64,000 nucleotides of DNA from an uncultured Gemmatimonadales bacterium (GTDB lineage: Bacteria > Gemmatimonadota > Gemmatimonadetes > Longimicrobiales > RSA9). The notes beneath the pieces are model-generated. The model saw nothing but the letters and a program-made list of their open reading frames with translations, did no database searches and was not told the origin of the DNA. The stretch spans positions 576,001 to 640,000 of the forward strand of contig CAWCRS010000003.1 in NCBI GenBank assembly GCA_963798085.1, written 5' to 3'. Position 1 is the stretch's first letter. Every line of letters starts with the position of its first letter. This document shows, one piece after another, positions 10,758 through 20,530 of the stretch. Both the position numbers and the translations under genes were made by a program.

Positions 10758-11404
10758 CAGTCTCTCCGGAATGGTGGCAGCATGATCATATAACCGACTG
10801 TTGCGATGCCCATGGAGATCAGCGCATCACGGCGATGCGCGGTACGCAGCTGATTCGAATCGGGTTTGTAGGTGCCGGCGTGGGCCGCAGTGATTCCTGT
10901 GGCCACGAAGCCGGCGTCCGAGAGCAGCATCAGCAGGCCGTGCGCGGTCCGGCGCACGCGTTCATTCGGGTCGGGCCACGCCTCGATCATGTTGAGGCCG
11001 CCGGTCACCGTGTTGATGATGAAGAGACCACCCAGCACACCGGCGGCCGGGCCATGGATGCGGCGGGCCCAGCCGGGCGGCGCAGTCGTGCGACTAAGCA
11101 GCACCTGCCCCGCGACGAATTCGGTCACGAAGAGCGGCAACGTGACGTAACTCGCGATGCGGTGGAGGGCCAGTCGGGCGGCGTAGCCGTCGGAATACTC
11201 GATCAGGCGCTTCTGCGGCGTGTCGGCGCGGAGCGGCGCCCTGTCAGGCAGGCGCCAGGTGGAAGTGCCGGCGCGCGCGAGGGCGACTGCGGGCAAGGCG
11301 ATGGGGCAGGGCCGCCGGTCGCACGGCTGACCGGACCGGGCCGTGAGGGCCGGGTTGGTCGGATGGGTCGCGAACAGCTGAAGCGCGACGGCCAGCGCCA
11401 GCAT
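10757..11404 (-). CDS. Membrane protein with a His at the start of each of four hydrophobic helices (possible b-type cytochrome)
   Basis: LHRIASYVTLPLF, IHGPAAGVLGGLF, AHGLLMLLSDAGF, AHRRDALISMG. Start placed at MLALAVAL. Confidence 0.65.
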   Translation of the reverse strand: MLALAVALQLFATHPTNPALTARSGQPCDRRPCPIALPAVALARAGTSTWRLPDRAPLRADTPQKRLIEYSDGYAARLALHRIASYVTLPLFVTEFVAGQVLLSRTTAPPGWARRIHGPAAGVLGGLFIINTVTGGLNMIEAWPDPNERVRRTAHGLLMLLSDAGFVATGITAAHAGTYKPDSNQLRTAHRRDALISMGIATVGYMIMLPPFRRD

Positions 11405-11703
11405 GCCATCTCCGATGGAAGGGAATCGATGTGCCAGGGCCCGCAGGGCGTTGCGCGATTCTCTGGCAATTCGCGGTCCGCCCGCCTGGGGATTCCGCAA
11501 TCGACTTTACTGCAAGGAGTTGTAGTGCATGCGCGAGGGCGGCATGAAAGCCGTTTCGCGCACGGGATTCATGGGGATGGGAACAAGCTGCGCAATGTCA
11601 CGGGCCGGCGCCTTTCCTGCGCGGCGCGTGTCCACGTATGTTGCGGACCGCGCGGGGCTACCAGGACCGGGCCCGCGACTTACCCTTCCCGCCGAGGCGC
11701 AAC

Positions 11704-14432
11704 ATGCGAATACGCAATCTGCTTCGCTTCTCATCGTACGGCGCCATGCTGCTGGCGCTGGCAACGATGCCGGCGCGCGCGCAGCAGCGTTCCCAGAACT
11801 CGCAGCAGGATGTCGCCGCGCAGGTCGCGGCGGATCGTGCGCTGCTGGCCAAGGAAAGCTACGTGCAGCCGCCCAAGGAGATCGTGGATCTGGTGACGGC
11901 GCCGCGCTACCTGAACGTGTCGCTCACGCAGCCGAGTCCCGATCGCAAGCATTTCCTCAAGGAGCAGAGTGAAGGCTTGCCGGGCATGGATGCCTTCGGC
12001 AAGCCGCACTACTACTTCGGCGGGTTGCAGGTGGACTTCAAGGCGAACCGCGCGCGCACGCTGACCACGCGCGGCGCCGTGGGTCTGCAGCTGATCGAGC
12101 CGACAACGGGCAAGTCGATGGCGATCGAGACGCCGAAGGGCGCGACGGTGAGCAGTGCGACGTGGTCGCCGGATGGCAAACAGCTCGCCTACATCGCGAA
12201 CTTCGATGCCGCCTCGCACATCTACGTTGCCGACATTGCGACGGGAAAGTCCGTGCAGGTCACGAAGACGCCTCTGCTGGCCACGCTGGTGACGGGCGTC
12301 GACTGGACGGCGGACGGTCGCAGTGTGATCGCAGTATTGCTGCCGGAGCCGCGCATGGCGGAGCCGAAGCGGCCCGAGATCGCGACCGGACCGCTGGTAC
12401 GTCTGTGGACGGACGGCGTCAAGGATGCAGAGCGCAATTTCGCGAGCCTGCTGCAGGATCCGTACGACATGGCGCTCATGGAGTACTACGTCACCGGGCC
12501 AGCTCGCGGTGATCGATGTGAAGACGAAGGCGGTGAAGAAGGTCGGCGCACCCGCCATGATCTCGAGCGTGCGATGCTTCGCCGGACGCGAAGTATTTCC
12601 GGGTGACGACCATGCAGAAGCCGTTCTCCTACGTCGTACAGTATGGCAGCTTCGGCACTAACGAGGAGTTATGGGACGCCAGCGGCAAGGTGCTGGCGAC
12701 ATCCAGAAGCGGCCGCTGCGTCTGGGCAACGACACGACAGGCGGGCGGCCGGGGCGGCGCGGGGTGGCGCCAACGATGCGAAGCGCGGCCTGACCTGGAT
12801 GCCGCAGGGCCCGGGCATGTTCTACATCGAGTCGGAGCCGGGACGGGCCGGCGACTCCACGGCGGCCGCGCCGGCGGGTGCGGGCCGGGGTCGCGGCGGC
12901 GGGCCGGTGGCGGCGGCGGGCGGCCGGATCGCCTGGTGCAGTGGCTGCCGCCGTTCGCGGCCAATGACACGAAGGTGCTCTATCAGAGCGGACGGCCCCA
13001 TGTCGCAGGTGGTGTTCACCGACGATGCCAAGACGGTGTTCGTGGGCACCACCGCGAACGGCAGCGGTGAGATCTATGCTGTCAGCCTCGACGATCCCGG
13101 CGAAGAAGATGGTGATCGTGCGGCAACGCGGTTATTCGCCAACGTTCGCCGGCGGTGGCCGCGGTGGCCGTGGTTTCGGCGGCGGCGGCGGCCGCGGTGG
13201 CGCGGCCGACGATTCGCTTTCGTTCTACAGCAATCCCGGCGGGCTGATGACGAAGCGCGGCACGCTGGGCGGCCAGGTCGCGATGGTGTCGTCGGATGGC
13301 GCGGTGTTCCTCACGGGCACGCAGTACTACCGCGATTTCCTCAAGCAGGCGCCGCGCGGGTTCGTCGACAAGGTCGACATCCAGTCGGGCAAGAAGACGC
13401 CGCATGTTCGAGGGTGCGGAGAACATGGTCGAGACGGTGGCTGCGCCGCTCGATGACGATTTCTCGAAGGCGATCGTGGATCGTGAGTCGCCAACGCAGG
13501 TGGCCGACTCCTACCTGCGCGACATGACGACGGGGCAGCTGACCAAGCTGACCGAGCAACAAGGACTACACGCCGGAGTTCACCAACGCTATCCGCAAGC
13601 GCATCGACGTCACGCGCGCCGACGGTTTCCATTTCATGGTGCAACCTGACGCTGCCGGATGACTACCAGGCGGGCACGCGGCTGCCGGCAATGTTCTGGT
13701 TCTATCCCGTACGAGTTCACCGAGCAGTCGGCGTACGACCGCACGCTGCGCACCGAGAACATCAATCGTTTCCCGCAGGCCGGACCGCGCACGATCGAGT
13801 ACCTGGTCACGCAGGGGTACGCGGTAGCGAACTTCGATCCGCCGATCATGGGTGAGGCCGGGCGCATGAACGACAATTATGTCTCCGACCTGCAGATGAA
13901 TCTGATCGCCGTGATCGATGAGCTGGACCGTCAGGGTTACATCGATCGCACCCGACTGGGCATCGGCGGGCACAGCTACGGCGCGTTCAGCACTGCGAAC
14001 GCGCTGGTACACACGCCGCTTCTTCAAGGCGGGCATTGCCGGCGACGGCATGTACAACCGCACCGCTGACGCCCAACGGGTTCCAGAGCGAGCGGCGCGA
14101 CTTCTGGGGCGGGCAGAAGACATACCTCGACATGTCGCCCATGCATGTTCGCCGACAAGATGCAGGGCGCGCTGCTCATGTATCACTCATGGAGGACCAG
14201 AACGTCGGGACGGATCCGATCAGCTCGATCCGCATGATGCAGGCGCTGCGCGCGAATGGTAAGACGGCGGCGTTGTACATGTACCCGTACGAGGATCATG
14301 GCCCGGCGACACGCGAGTCCGATCTCGATCAGTGGGCGCGCTGGGTCTGCGTGGCTGGACATCTACGTGAAGCACGCCGGAGAGGCGAACGCCAAGAACG
14401 GCGTGGCAGCCACTTCGGATGACCGGCACTGA
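11704..14432 (+). CDS. Secreted S9 prolyl-oligopeptidase-family peptidase (glutamyl endopeptidase S9D-like); many frameshifts
   Basis: Signal peptide, WSPDGKQLAY, GGHSYGAF nucleophile motif, YNRT/LTPNGFQ, YPYEDHG, spread over ORF fragments 11638-14422. Reconstructed C-terminus ...LDIYVKHAG...SDDRH with stop at 14430-14432. Confidence 0.85.
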
Positions 14433-14490
14433 TCTGGACGGTCCGGCCGTGCGTCGGCGACGCCGCTGACGCGCGGACGGTCCTTGCAGG

Positions 14491-14528
14491 AACGGGAGGC
14501 AGAGCGACGAAGCTCAGCCTCCCGTTTT
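14491..14528 (+). terminator. Intrinsic terminator hairpin between convergent genes
   Basis: AACGGGAGGC...GCCTCCCGTT stem followed by TT. Confidence 0.7.
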
Positions 14529-14556
14529 GCATTGCATTGCATCGTGGTGCGCGCAA

Positions 14557-17286
14557 TCAATCCTGGCGCAGCACGATCATGGGATCGAGTCCAGTCGCGG
14601 AGCGCAGCGGAGCGAGCGCCGCCAGCAGCGCGATGAATGCGAAGAACAAGACTGCGGCCAGCCACGTCGCCGGATCGACCGCGTTCACACCGAACAGCTG
14701 ACTGGCGACGAGTCTGCCAATGACCAGGGCGCCCAGCAGGCCCGCGGCAATGCCACCGATCAGGATCACGCCGACGGGGCGCAGCACCAATGCCGCCAGT
14801 GCAGCCGCACGCGCACCCAGCGCCACCCGGATGCCCATCTCACGCGTGCGCTCGGCGACGGAATACGCGATCACACCGTACAGGCCGATGCCGGCGAGGG
14901 TCGCGGTCAGGAGCGCGAGCAGATTGAGCAGGCGGGCGAGCAGCCTGCGCTGACCGAGCCTCGCGTCGAGCGCTTCCTGCAGAGGCGAGAGACGCGGCAC
15001 CGCCATTTCCGGCGCGAGACGGGCAGTGGTCTCGTGAATCGCGTTGTCCAGCGCAGCGCGCAGGGCGCGATCCTCACCGTGCGCACGCACGACGAGCATC
15101 AGCCGCGGCGAATCGAAGTGCGCCGGCGCGTAGAGGGTCTCACCGGCTTCCTCGGCGGGCGATTCCATGCGCAGCTCCCCGGTCACACCCACCACGCGAT
15201 ACTGCATCTGCCTGCCTGAAGCCGCGACGGGTGAGCGCAGGACACGGCCCACGGCATCCCCGTCGCCGAACAAGCGGCGTGCGAGGGCCGGCGTGATCAG
15301 TACCGGTGTCACCTCGCCGTCGGTCGCGTCGGCCTCCGTCAGGGTGCGTCCGCGCAGCAGCGGCGCACGCAGCGTTTCCATGTAACCATCTGTTACAGAA
15401 ACGCTGGTGATCGTGGCGGTATCGGCGCCGGAGGGGTGGAGCAGGCGAACGGCGCCGCTGCGGCCCCAGAACGGTATGGTGCTGCCGGCAGCGGCGGACT
15501 CGACACCGGGCAGGGCGCGCAGCGCGGTGAGCACACTGCCAGCGAGCGCGCGCTCGGCCGGGGCGGGCATGCCCTGCGAAAAGAAGTCCAGGAACGTGCT
15601 GTACACCCGGTCGATCTGGAAGCCGAGGCTCACCGCCTGCAGGTTGCGCACCGTGCGCGTGAGCAGCAGCGCGCCCACCAGCAGCGACAGCGAAAGTGCG
15701 AGCTGCGTGCCGGAGAGCGCTGCGCGCAACGCCCCCTGACGGCCGGTGCTGTGCCGCGTGCGCCCGCGCATGACCGTGGCCGGGGCGGGACGGCGCTGCA
15801 GCAGCGCGGGCAGGATGCCGGACAGCAGCAGCGCCAGCAGCGTTGTCAGCAAGGCGATGCCCAGCACACGAACGTTGGGCCGGAAGCCGCGATAGTCGCG
15901 GAACCCCACCAGCGTGCGCCCCTGCAACAAACGGCCGAGTACGGTCGCCGCGAGCACGCCCACGCCGCCACCCAGCAGTGCCAGCACGCCGTTCTCGATG
16001 GCCATCTGCCGGGCAATGCGGATGGCGCCCGCCCCGAGGGCGCGCCGCACGGCCACTTCGCCCTGACGCGTCGAACCGCGCAGCAACAGCAGGTTAGTGA
16101 CATTGACGCAGGCGATCAGCAGGAGAACGGCGACGGCAACCAGCAGCAGCCGTGCCGTGTCATTCATGCGCTTGCGGTACGCGGGATCGGTGCCGATGCC
16201 CGGGTACAGGCGAGGCCGGTAGCCGGTGAAGCGCGAACTCGCTTCCGGATGCGCCGACGCCAGGCGGGCGAAGGCCTGGCCCAGTGCAGCCTCGCTGGCG
16301 GCCGCTGTCGAGCCATCACGCAGACGCACCACCAGCTGGCCCAGATAATAACGCCGGGGGGCGGCGGCATTGTCGTGGTCCAGCCGGGCCAGTGCGGCGA
16401 GAGGAACCCAGGCGGCGACATCGAAGTCGCGTACCACACCACGGAAGCCGCCACCGGCCACACCGATGATCGTCAGCGACTGGCCGTTGACGCGCAGCGT
16501 GCGGCCGATAATGGCCGGATCGTGGCCGAACATCGTCGTCCAGAGCGATTCACTGATCACGGCCACATCAGGGTTCGCGTCCGCTGTCGTCTCCCGCGCA
16601 TCGAGAAGACGGCCCACGATCGCGTGCACACCGAGTAATGCGAACCAGTCGCCCACGATCGCCTGACCCATGAGTCCAGTGGGCGGACCAGCGACCGACT
16701 GCGCGTGCAGTCCGATCGCGAAGTAACCTGCCATGGAATCGGCAGCACCGGCTAGCGCGCGCAGTTCATCGAATTCGCGGTCCGAGATCACCGTGCCCTC
16801 GCCCGTCCGCGCATCCTTGAACTCGACGACCGCAACACGCTGCGGTTCGCGCACGCCGGGCATGGGCGCCAGCAGCGCCTGATCCACAGCGCTGTACACG
16901 ACCGTCACCGCCCCAATGCCCAGGCCGAGTGTGCTCGCCACAATGATGGTCAGGCGCGGACCGGATCGAAGGCGGCGCAAGGCCAGTCGCATATCACTGC
17001 GCCAACCGCCGGCACTGCGCAGAAAACCATGGCCCGGAGCCAGCCCCGCTCGTGCCGTGCCGCGATCCGCTTCCCAGAGCGCGCCGCGACGGCGCCAGGA
17101 ACGCATCACAACGGAAGCGAGCGCATCCCGCCAGTAGCGCGCACGCGCGCCGCTTTCATGTCGCGACAGCCGGCGCGCAAACACCTCCTCCAGATCGCCG
17201 ATGATGACCTCCCGCTCGGCACGCGGCAGCAATACATGCAGCAGCCAGCGTGCGAGGCGAGGCGACGAAGGCGCGCGCCGCGTCAC
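14557..17286 (-). CDS. ADOP-like orphan ABC permease
   Basis: GTG start overlaps the PadR stop (GTGA). TLGLGIGAVT, LLIACVNVTNLLL, EVAVRRALGA, GLYGVIAYSVAERTREMGIRVALGA. Confidence 0.92.
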   Translation of the reverse strand: MTRRAPSSPRLARWLLHVLLPRAEREVIIGDLEEVFARRLSRHESGARARYWRDALASVVMRSWRRRGALWEADRGTARAGLAPGHGFLRSAGGWRSDMRLALRRLRSGPRLTIIVASTLGLGIGAVTVVYSAVDQALLAPMPGVREPQRVAVVEFKDARTGEGTVISDREFDELRALAGAADSMAGYFAIGLHAQSVAGPPTGLMGQAIVGDWFALLGVHAIVGRLLDARETTADANPDVAVISESLWTTMFGHDPAIIGRTLRVNGQSLTIIGVAGGGFRGVVRDFDVAAWVPLAALARLDHDNAAAPRRYYLGQLVVRLRDGSTAAASEAALGQAFARLASAHPEASSRFTGYRPRLYPGIGTDPAYRKRMNDTARLLLVAVAVLLLIACVNVTNLLLLRGSTRQGEVAVRRALGAGAIRIARQMAIENGVLALLGGGVGVLAATVLGRLLQGRTLVGFRDYRGFRPNVRVLGIALLTTLLALLLSGILPALLQRRPAPATVMRGRTRHSTGRQGALRAALSGTQLALSLSLLVGALLLTRTVRNLQAVSLGFQIDRVYSTFLDFFSQGMPAPAERALAGSVLTALRALPGVESAAAGSTIPFWGRSGAVRLLHPSGADTATITSVSVTDGYMETLRAPLLRGRTLTEADATDGEVTPVLITPALARRLFGDGDAVGRVLRSPVAASGRQMQYRVVGVTGELRMESPAEEAGETLYAPAHFDSPRLMLVVRAHGEDRALRAALDNAIHETTARLAPEMAVPRLSPLQEALDARLGQRRLLARLLNLLALLTATLAGIGLYGVIAYSVAERTREMGIRVALGARAAALAALVLRPVGVILIGGIAAGLLGALVIGRLVASQLFGVNAVDPATWLAAVLFFAFIALLAALAPLRSATGLDPMIVLRQD

Positions 17287-17621
17287 GATCCCGTGCCTCC
17301 TGCCAGCTCGTCGAGGGTACGCGTCGTGCCCGCTGCGAGACGGCGCAGTGTGTCCCACGCATCGCGCAACGCACGCGCACCCGCAGGCCGCACGCGATAG
17401 CAGCGCCGCCGCCTGCCGCCGCGCTCGGGTGTGGTGTCACCGACCCACGACTCGACCAGCCCCTTCTGCTCCATGCGCTCGAGCGCCGTGTACAGTGCGC
17501 CGGGCGACACGCGCCGTCCGGTCTTCGCCTCGATCTCGTCCGCCAGGGCCACGCCATCCGCCTCGCCGTCGAGGCGTACGAGCGCGAAGAGCAGGTACTG
17601 TTCGAAGTCTCCCAGGTGCAT
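17283..17621 (-). CDS. PadR family transcriptional regulator
   Basis: MHLGDFEQYLL...GALYTALERMEQKGLV...ERGGRRRRCY. GGAG RBS. Confidence 0.93.
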   Translation of the reverse strand: MHLGDFEQYLLFALVRLDGEADGVALADEIEAKTGRRVSPGALYTALERMEQKGLVESWVGDTTPERGGRRRRCYRVRPAGARALRDAWDTLRRLAAGTTRTLDELAGGTGS

Positions 17622-17635
17622 GGCCACTCCTTTCG

Positions 17636-17670
17636 ACTACAACGTAGTAATCGATCGGACTCGCTGGCAA
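17636..17670 (-). promoter_or_regulatory. padR promoter with palindromic operator
   Basis: Minus-strand TTGCCA (17670-17665)-N18-TACGTT (17646-17641). Palindrome ACTAC-AAC-GTAGT (17636-17648) covers the -10. Confidence 0.6.
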
Positions 17671-18407
17671 GGGAATTCACCGCGGAGGACGGGGGATGGC
17701 GCGGGGAGCTGTTCGGCACAGGCGGAAGCATCCTCGGTCGGGAATGGAACGGAGGTTTCTGCTTTACGGATTTCACCGTGGAGGACGCGGGAAGGGGCTG
17801 GGAGCTGGCACTGCCTTGCGAGGCAGCGGGTCGGCTGTGAAGGCAGTCCTGGCGTGCGGTTGCGGTTTCAATACTTGAGAATCTGGTCGATCCGCTGGTT
17901 GTTTCCCTGGCTGAGTTTGGTGGCGTTGGCAGCGCTGTCTCGAGTTGGACACCACGATGGTCGATGGGAAATACGGTGGGACGGGGCCGGGGTCGACGCG
18001 GCCGAGCTCTCCTGGGGCGCCGGTGCGACGGAGCGGACGCTGCTGTGTGCCCAGTGGTTGTCACTGAGCGGAACTGATCGGGAGGGCACTGGCCGTGTGG
18101 CGGCAGGAATGCGGATCTGTGCTCCCCGCCAGGCAGTTCCCTTGCGCACGCCATCCTTCGAGCGCCGACGCTGTGCCGGGGGACCCGGCGTTGGTTGGCG
18201 TCTGACGTTGTGAGGTCTGCCCGGGTGGCTCGGGACGCCCGTTCGCGGGCTGAAGGTAGCGCCGGCGCCGCTCGGCACGGGCGGAGCGGTGGAGCAACGG
18301 TCGCGTGTGCGGTTGGCTTTCTGGATCCGATGAGCCGATTCCGGTCCCGACTTCGCCACTGAAGATGCCGGCCGATTGTGGCTGGCTGTCCGACGGGAGA
18401 CCTTTGC

Positions 18408-18437
18408 TTGACTGTCGCCAATTCGACTGCCTAAGAT
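18408..18437 (+). promoter_or_regulatory. Candidate sigma70 promoter of FAD oxidoreductase
   Basis: TTGACT-N18-TAAGAT about 50 bp before the ATG. GGAGG RBS follows. Confidence 0.5.
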
Positions 18438-18488
18438 GGCAAAGACATTCCTCTCCGACCTTCCCAGCTCCCTTCCAGGAGGTGCTGC

Positions 18489-19913
18489 ATGAGTGTGAGT
18501 ACGATCACATTGGACGGGCGCACCACGGTGCTCGCCACCGATACGCTCGGTCGCCTGGCTGCTGATCTGCGCGGGCGTGTGCTCACGCCCGATTCCACAG
18601 GTTACGACGAGGCGCGCTCGATCTGGAACGGCATGATCGATCGCAAGCCTGCCATCATCGTGCGCTGCAGCACGACCGACGACGTGATACACGCCGTGCG
18701 CTTCGCCAAGGATCATGCGCTGGTGACAGCCGTGCGCGGTGGCGGCCACAACATTGCGGGCAATGCGCTGAGTGATAACGGGCTTGTTATCGATCTCTCC
18801 CTGATGCGCGCGGTCACCGTCGATGCGGCGGCGCGCACTGCCACGGTCGAGCCGGGCGCCACACTGGCCGATTTCGATGCGGAGGCGCAGAAGCACGGGC
18901 TGGCCACGCCGCTCGGCATCAATTCAACGACGGGTGTTGCGGGCCTCACGCTGGGCGGCGGCTTCGGCTGGCTCAGCCGCAAGTACGGCCTCACCATCGA
19001 CAACCTGATCTCGGCCGATGTCGTCACCGCCAATGGTCAGCGCGTGCGCGCGAGCGAGACGGAGAACACCGATCTGTTCTGGGGCATTCGCGGCGGCGGC
19101 GGCAATTTCGGTGTGGTGACCTCATTCGAGTTCCGTCTGCACCCCGTGGGACCGGAAGTACTGTCCGGGCTCATCGTGCACCCGCTGGACAACGCGGCGA
19201 GTGTGCTGCGCTTCTGGCGTGATTTCCTCAAGACCACGCCCGACGAGTTCGTGTGCTGGTTCGTGCTGCGCAAGGCGCCGCCTCTTCCCTTCCTCGCCCC
19301 CGAGTGGCACGGCAAGGAAATTCTGGCCCTGGCAGCCTGTTATAGCGGGCCCGATCTCAAGGAAGGCGAGCGCGTGGCGCAGCCGCTGCGCAGCTTCGGC
19401 AGCCCCATCGCGGATGTGATCGCGCCGCACCCCTACGCCGGCTGGCAGCAGGTGCTCGACCCACTGCTCACGCCGGGTGCGCGCAATTACTGGAAGACGC
19501 ACGATTTCCGCGAGGTGAGCGACGGCCTGATCGACACGCTGATCGAGCACGCGCGGCACATCCCGGATCCACAGACGGAAATCGCGTTCGCTCAGCTGGG
19601 CGGGGCCGTGGGCCGCGTACCGCAGGAGGCTACCGCGTACACGCACCGCGACGCGGCATTCGTGCTCAACGTGCACGGCCGCTGGGCCGACCCCGCGCAG
19701 GACGAGAAGTGCATTGGCTGGGCGCGCGGCCTGTTCAACGCGTGCACGCCCTTCGCCACGGGTGGCGCCTACGTCAATTTCCTGACGCAGGAAGAAGGCG
19801 CTCGTGTGAAGGCCGCGTACGGCTCGAACTACGACCGGCTGGTGCGCGTGAAGACGCAGTACGATCCGAGGAACCTGTTCCGCGTCAACCAGAACATTGC
19901 GCCGACAGGCTGA
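18489..19913 (+). CDS. FAD-binding oxidoreductase, berberine-bridge/6-hydroxy-D-nicotine oxidase-like
   Basis: RGGGHN covalent-FAD motif, GLTLGGGFG, RGGGGNFGVVT, YVNF...YDPRNLFRVNQNI. Confidence 0.93.
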   Translation: MSVSTITLDGRTTVLATDTLGRLAADLRGRVLTPDSTGYDEARSIWNGMIDRKPAIIVRCSTTDDVIHAVRFAKDHALVTAVRGGGHNIAGNALSDNGLVIDLSLMRAVTVDAAARTATVEPGATLADFDAEAQKHGLATPLGINSTTGVAGLTLGGGFGWLSRKYGLTIDNLISADVVTANGQRVRASETENTDLFWGIRGGGGNFGVVTSFEFRLHPVGPEVLSGLIVHPLDNAASVLRFWRDFLKTTPDEFVCWFVLRKAPPLPFLAPEWHGKEILALAACYSGPDLKEGERVAQPLRSFGSPIADVIAPHPYAGWQQVLDPLLTPGARNYWKTHDFREVSDGLIDTLIEHARHIPDPQTEIAFAQLGGAVGRVPQEATAYTHRDAAFVLNVHGRWADPAQDEKCIGWARGLFNACTPFATGGAYVNFLTQEEGARVKAAYGSNYDRLVRVKTQYDPRNLFRVNQNIAPTG

Positions 19914-19946
19914 TGTTCTGACGCACTGTTATATCGCTTCCGGCGG

Positions 19947-19990
19947 ACGCGTGCCGGTGGGTCAGCCCCGCCGGCACGCGTTTCGTTTTC
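19947..19990 (+). terminator. Intrinsic terminator
   Basis: ACGCGTGCCGG...CCGGCACGCGT stem followed by TTCGTTTT. Confidence 0.75.
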
Positions 19991-20176
19991 AGGAGGCGGC
20001 TCACGCAGGAATTGCCGCGCCCTCGTTCCGGGTCGGGCCGGCGAACACGGCCGGGCCGGGACTCGTGGATGGGCGGCTCCGGCCGGAAGCAAAGAATGCC
20101 CGGACTGTCCGAGTCCTTCGCCCCAGCACGCTTGCCGGGGGCATGGTGCTTCCATTAACAATGCCAGCAGACTCAA

Positions 20177-20189
20177 CTAGCACTGCTAG
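20177..20189. promoter_or_regulatory. Palindromic operator candidate upstream of padR
   Basis: CTAGCA-C-TGCTAG perfect palindrome, 8 bp before the PadR ATG. Confidence 0.55.
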
Positions 20190-20197
20190 ATCAAGGC

Positions 20198-20530
20198 ATG
20201 AACGAGAAAGAGCTGCTCGGCGAATTCGAGCACCAGGTGCTGCTGTCCGCGCTCCGGCTGGGCGATGTGGCGTTCACGTCCAGCATTGTGCTGGAGCTGG
20301 AGCGTCGCATTGAGCGGCAGGTGGCGGCGGCGGCAGTGTACATCGCGCTGCGCCGGCTGGAGGAGAACGGGCTGGTGCGGTCGGAGCTGCGCGAGGGCGA
20401 CAGTCGCGCGGGGCGGCGCGAGCGCCGGCATTTCGCGGTGACGCGCGAGGGGCTGCACCTGCTGCGCCAGTCGCGCAGCCGTTTCCTGCGCCTGTGGGAT
20501 GGCCTCGAGCTGGTGCTGGCGGAGGAATGA
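20198..20530 (+). CDS. PadR family transcriptional regulator
   Basis: LGEFEHQVLL...AVYIALRRLEENGLV...GRRERRHFAVT. Confidence 0.93.
   Translation: MNEKELLGEFEHQVLLSALRLGDVAFTSSIVLELERRIERQVAAAAVYIALRRLEENGLVRSELREGDSRAGRRERRHFAVTREGLHLLRQSRSRFLRLWDGLELVLAEE

Noticed and set aside
14436..14483. GGACGGTCC direct repeat resembling the end of the inverted-repeat element
   Set aside because: Only 9 bp and GC-rich, without the rest of the conserved end.
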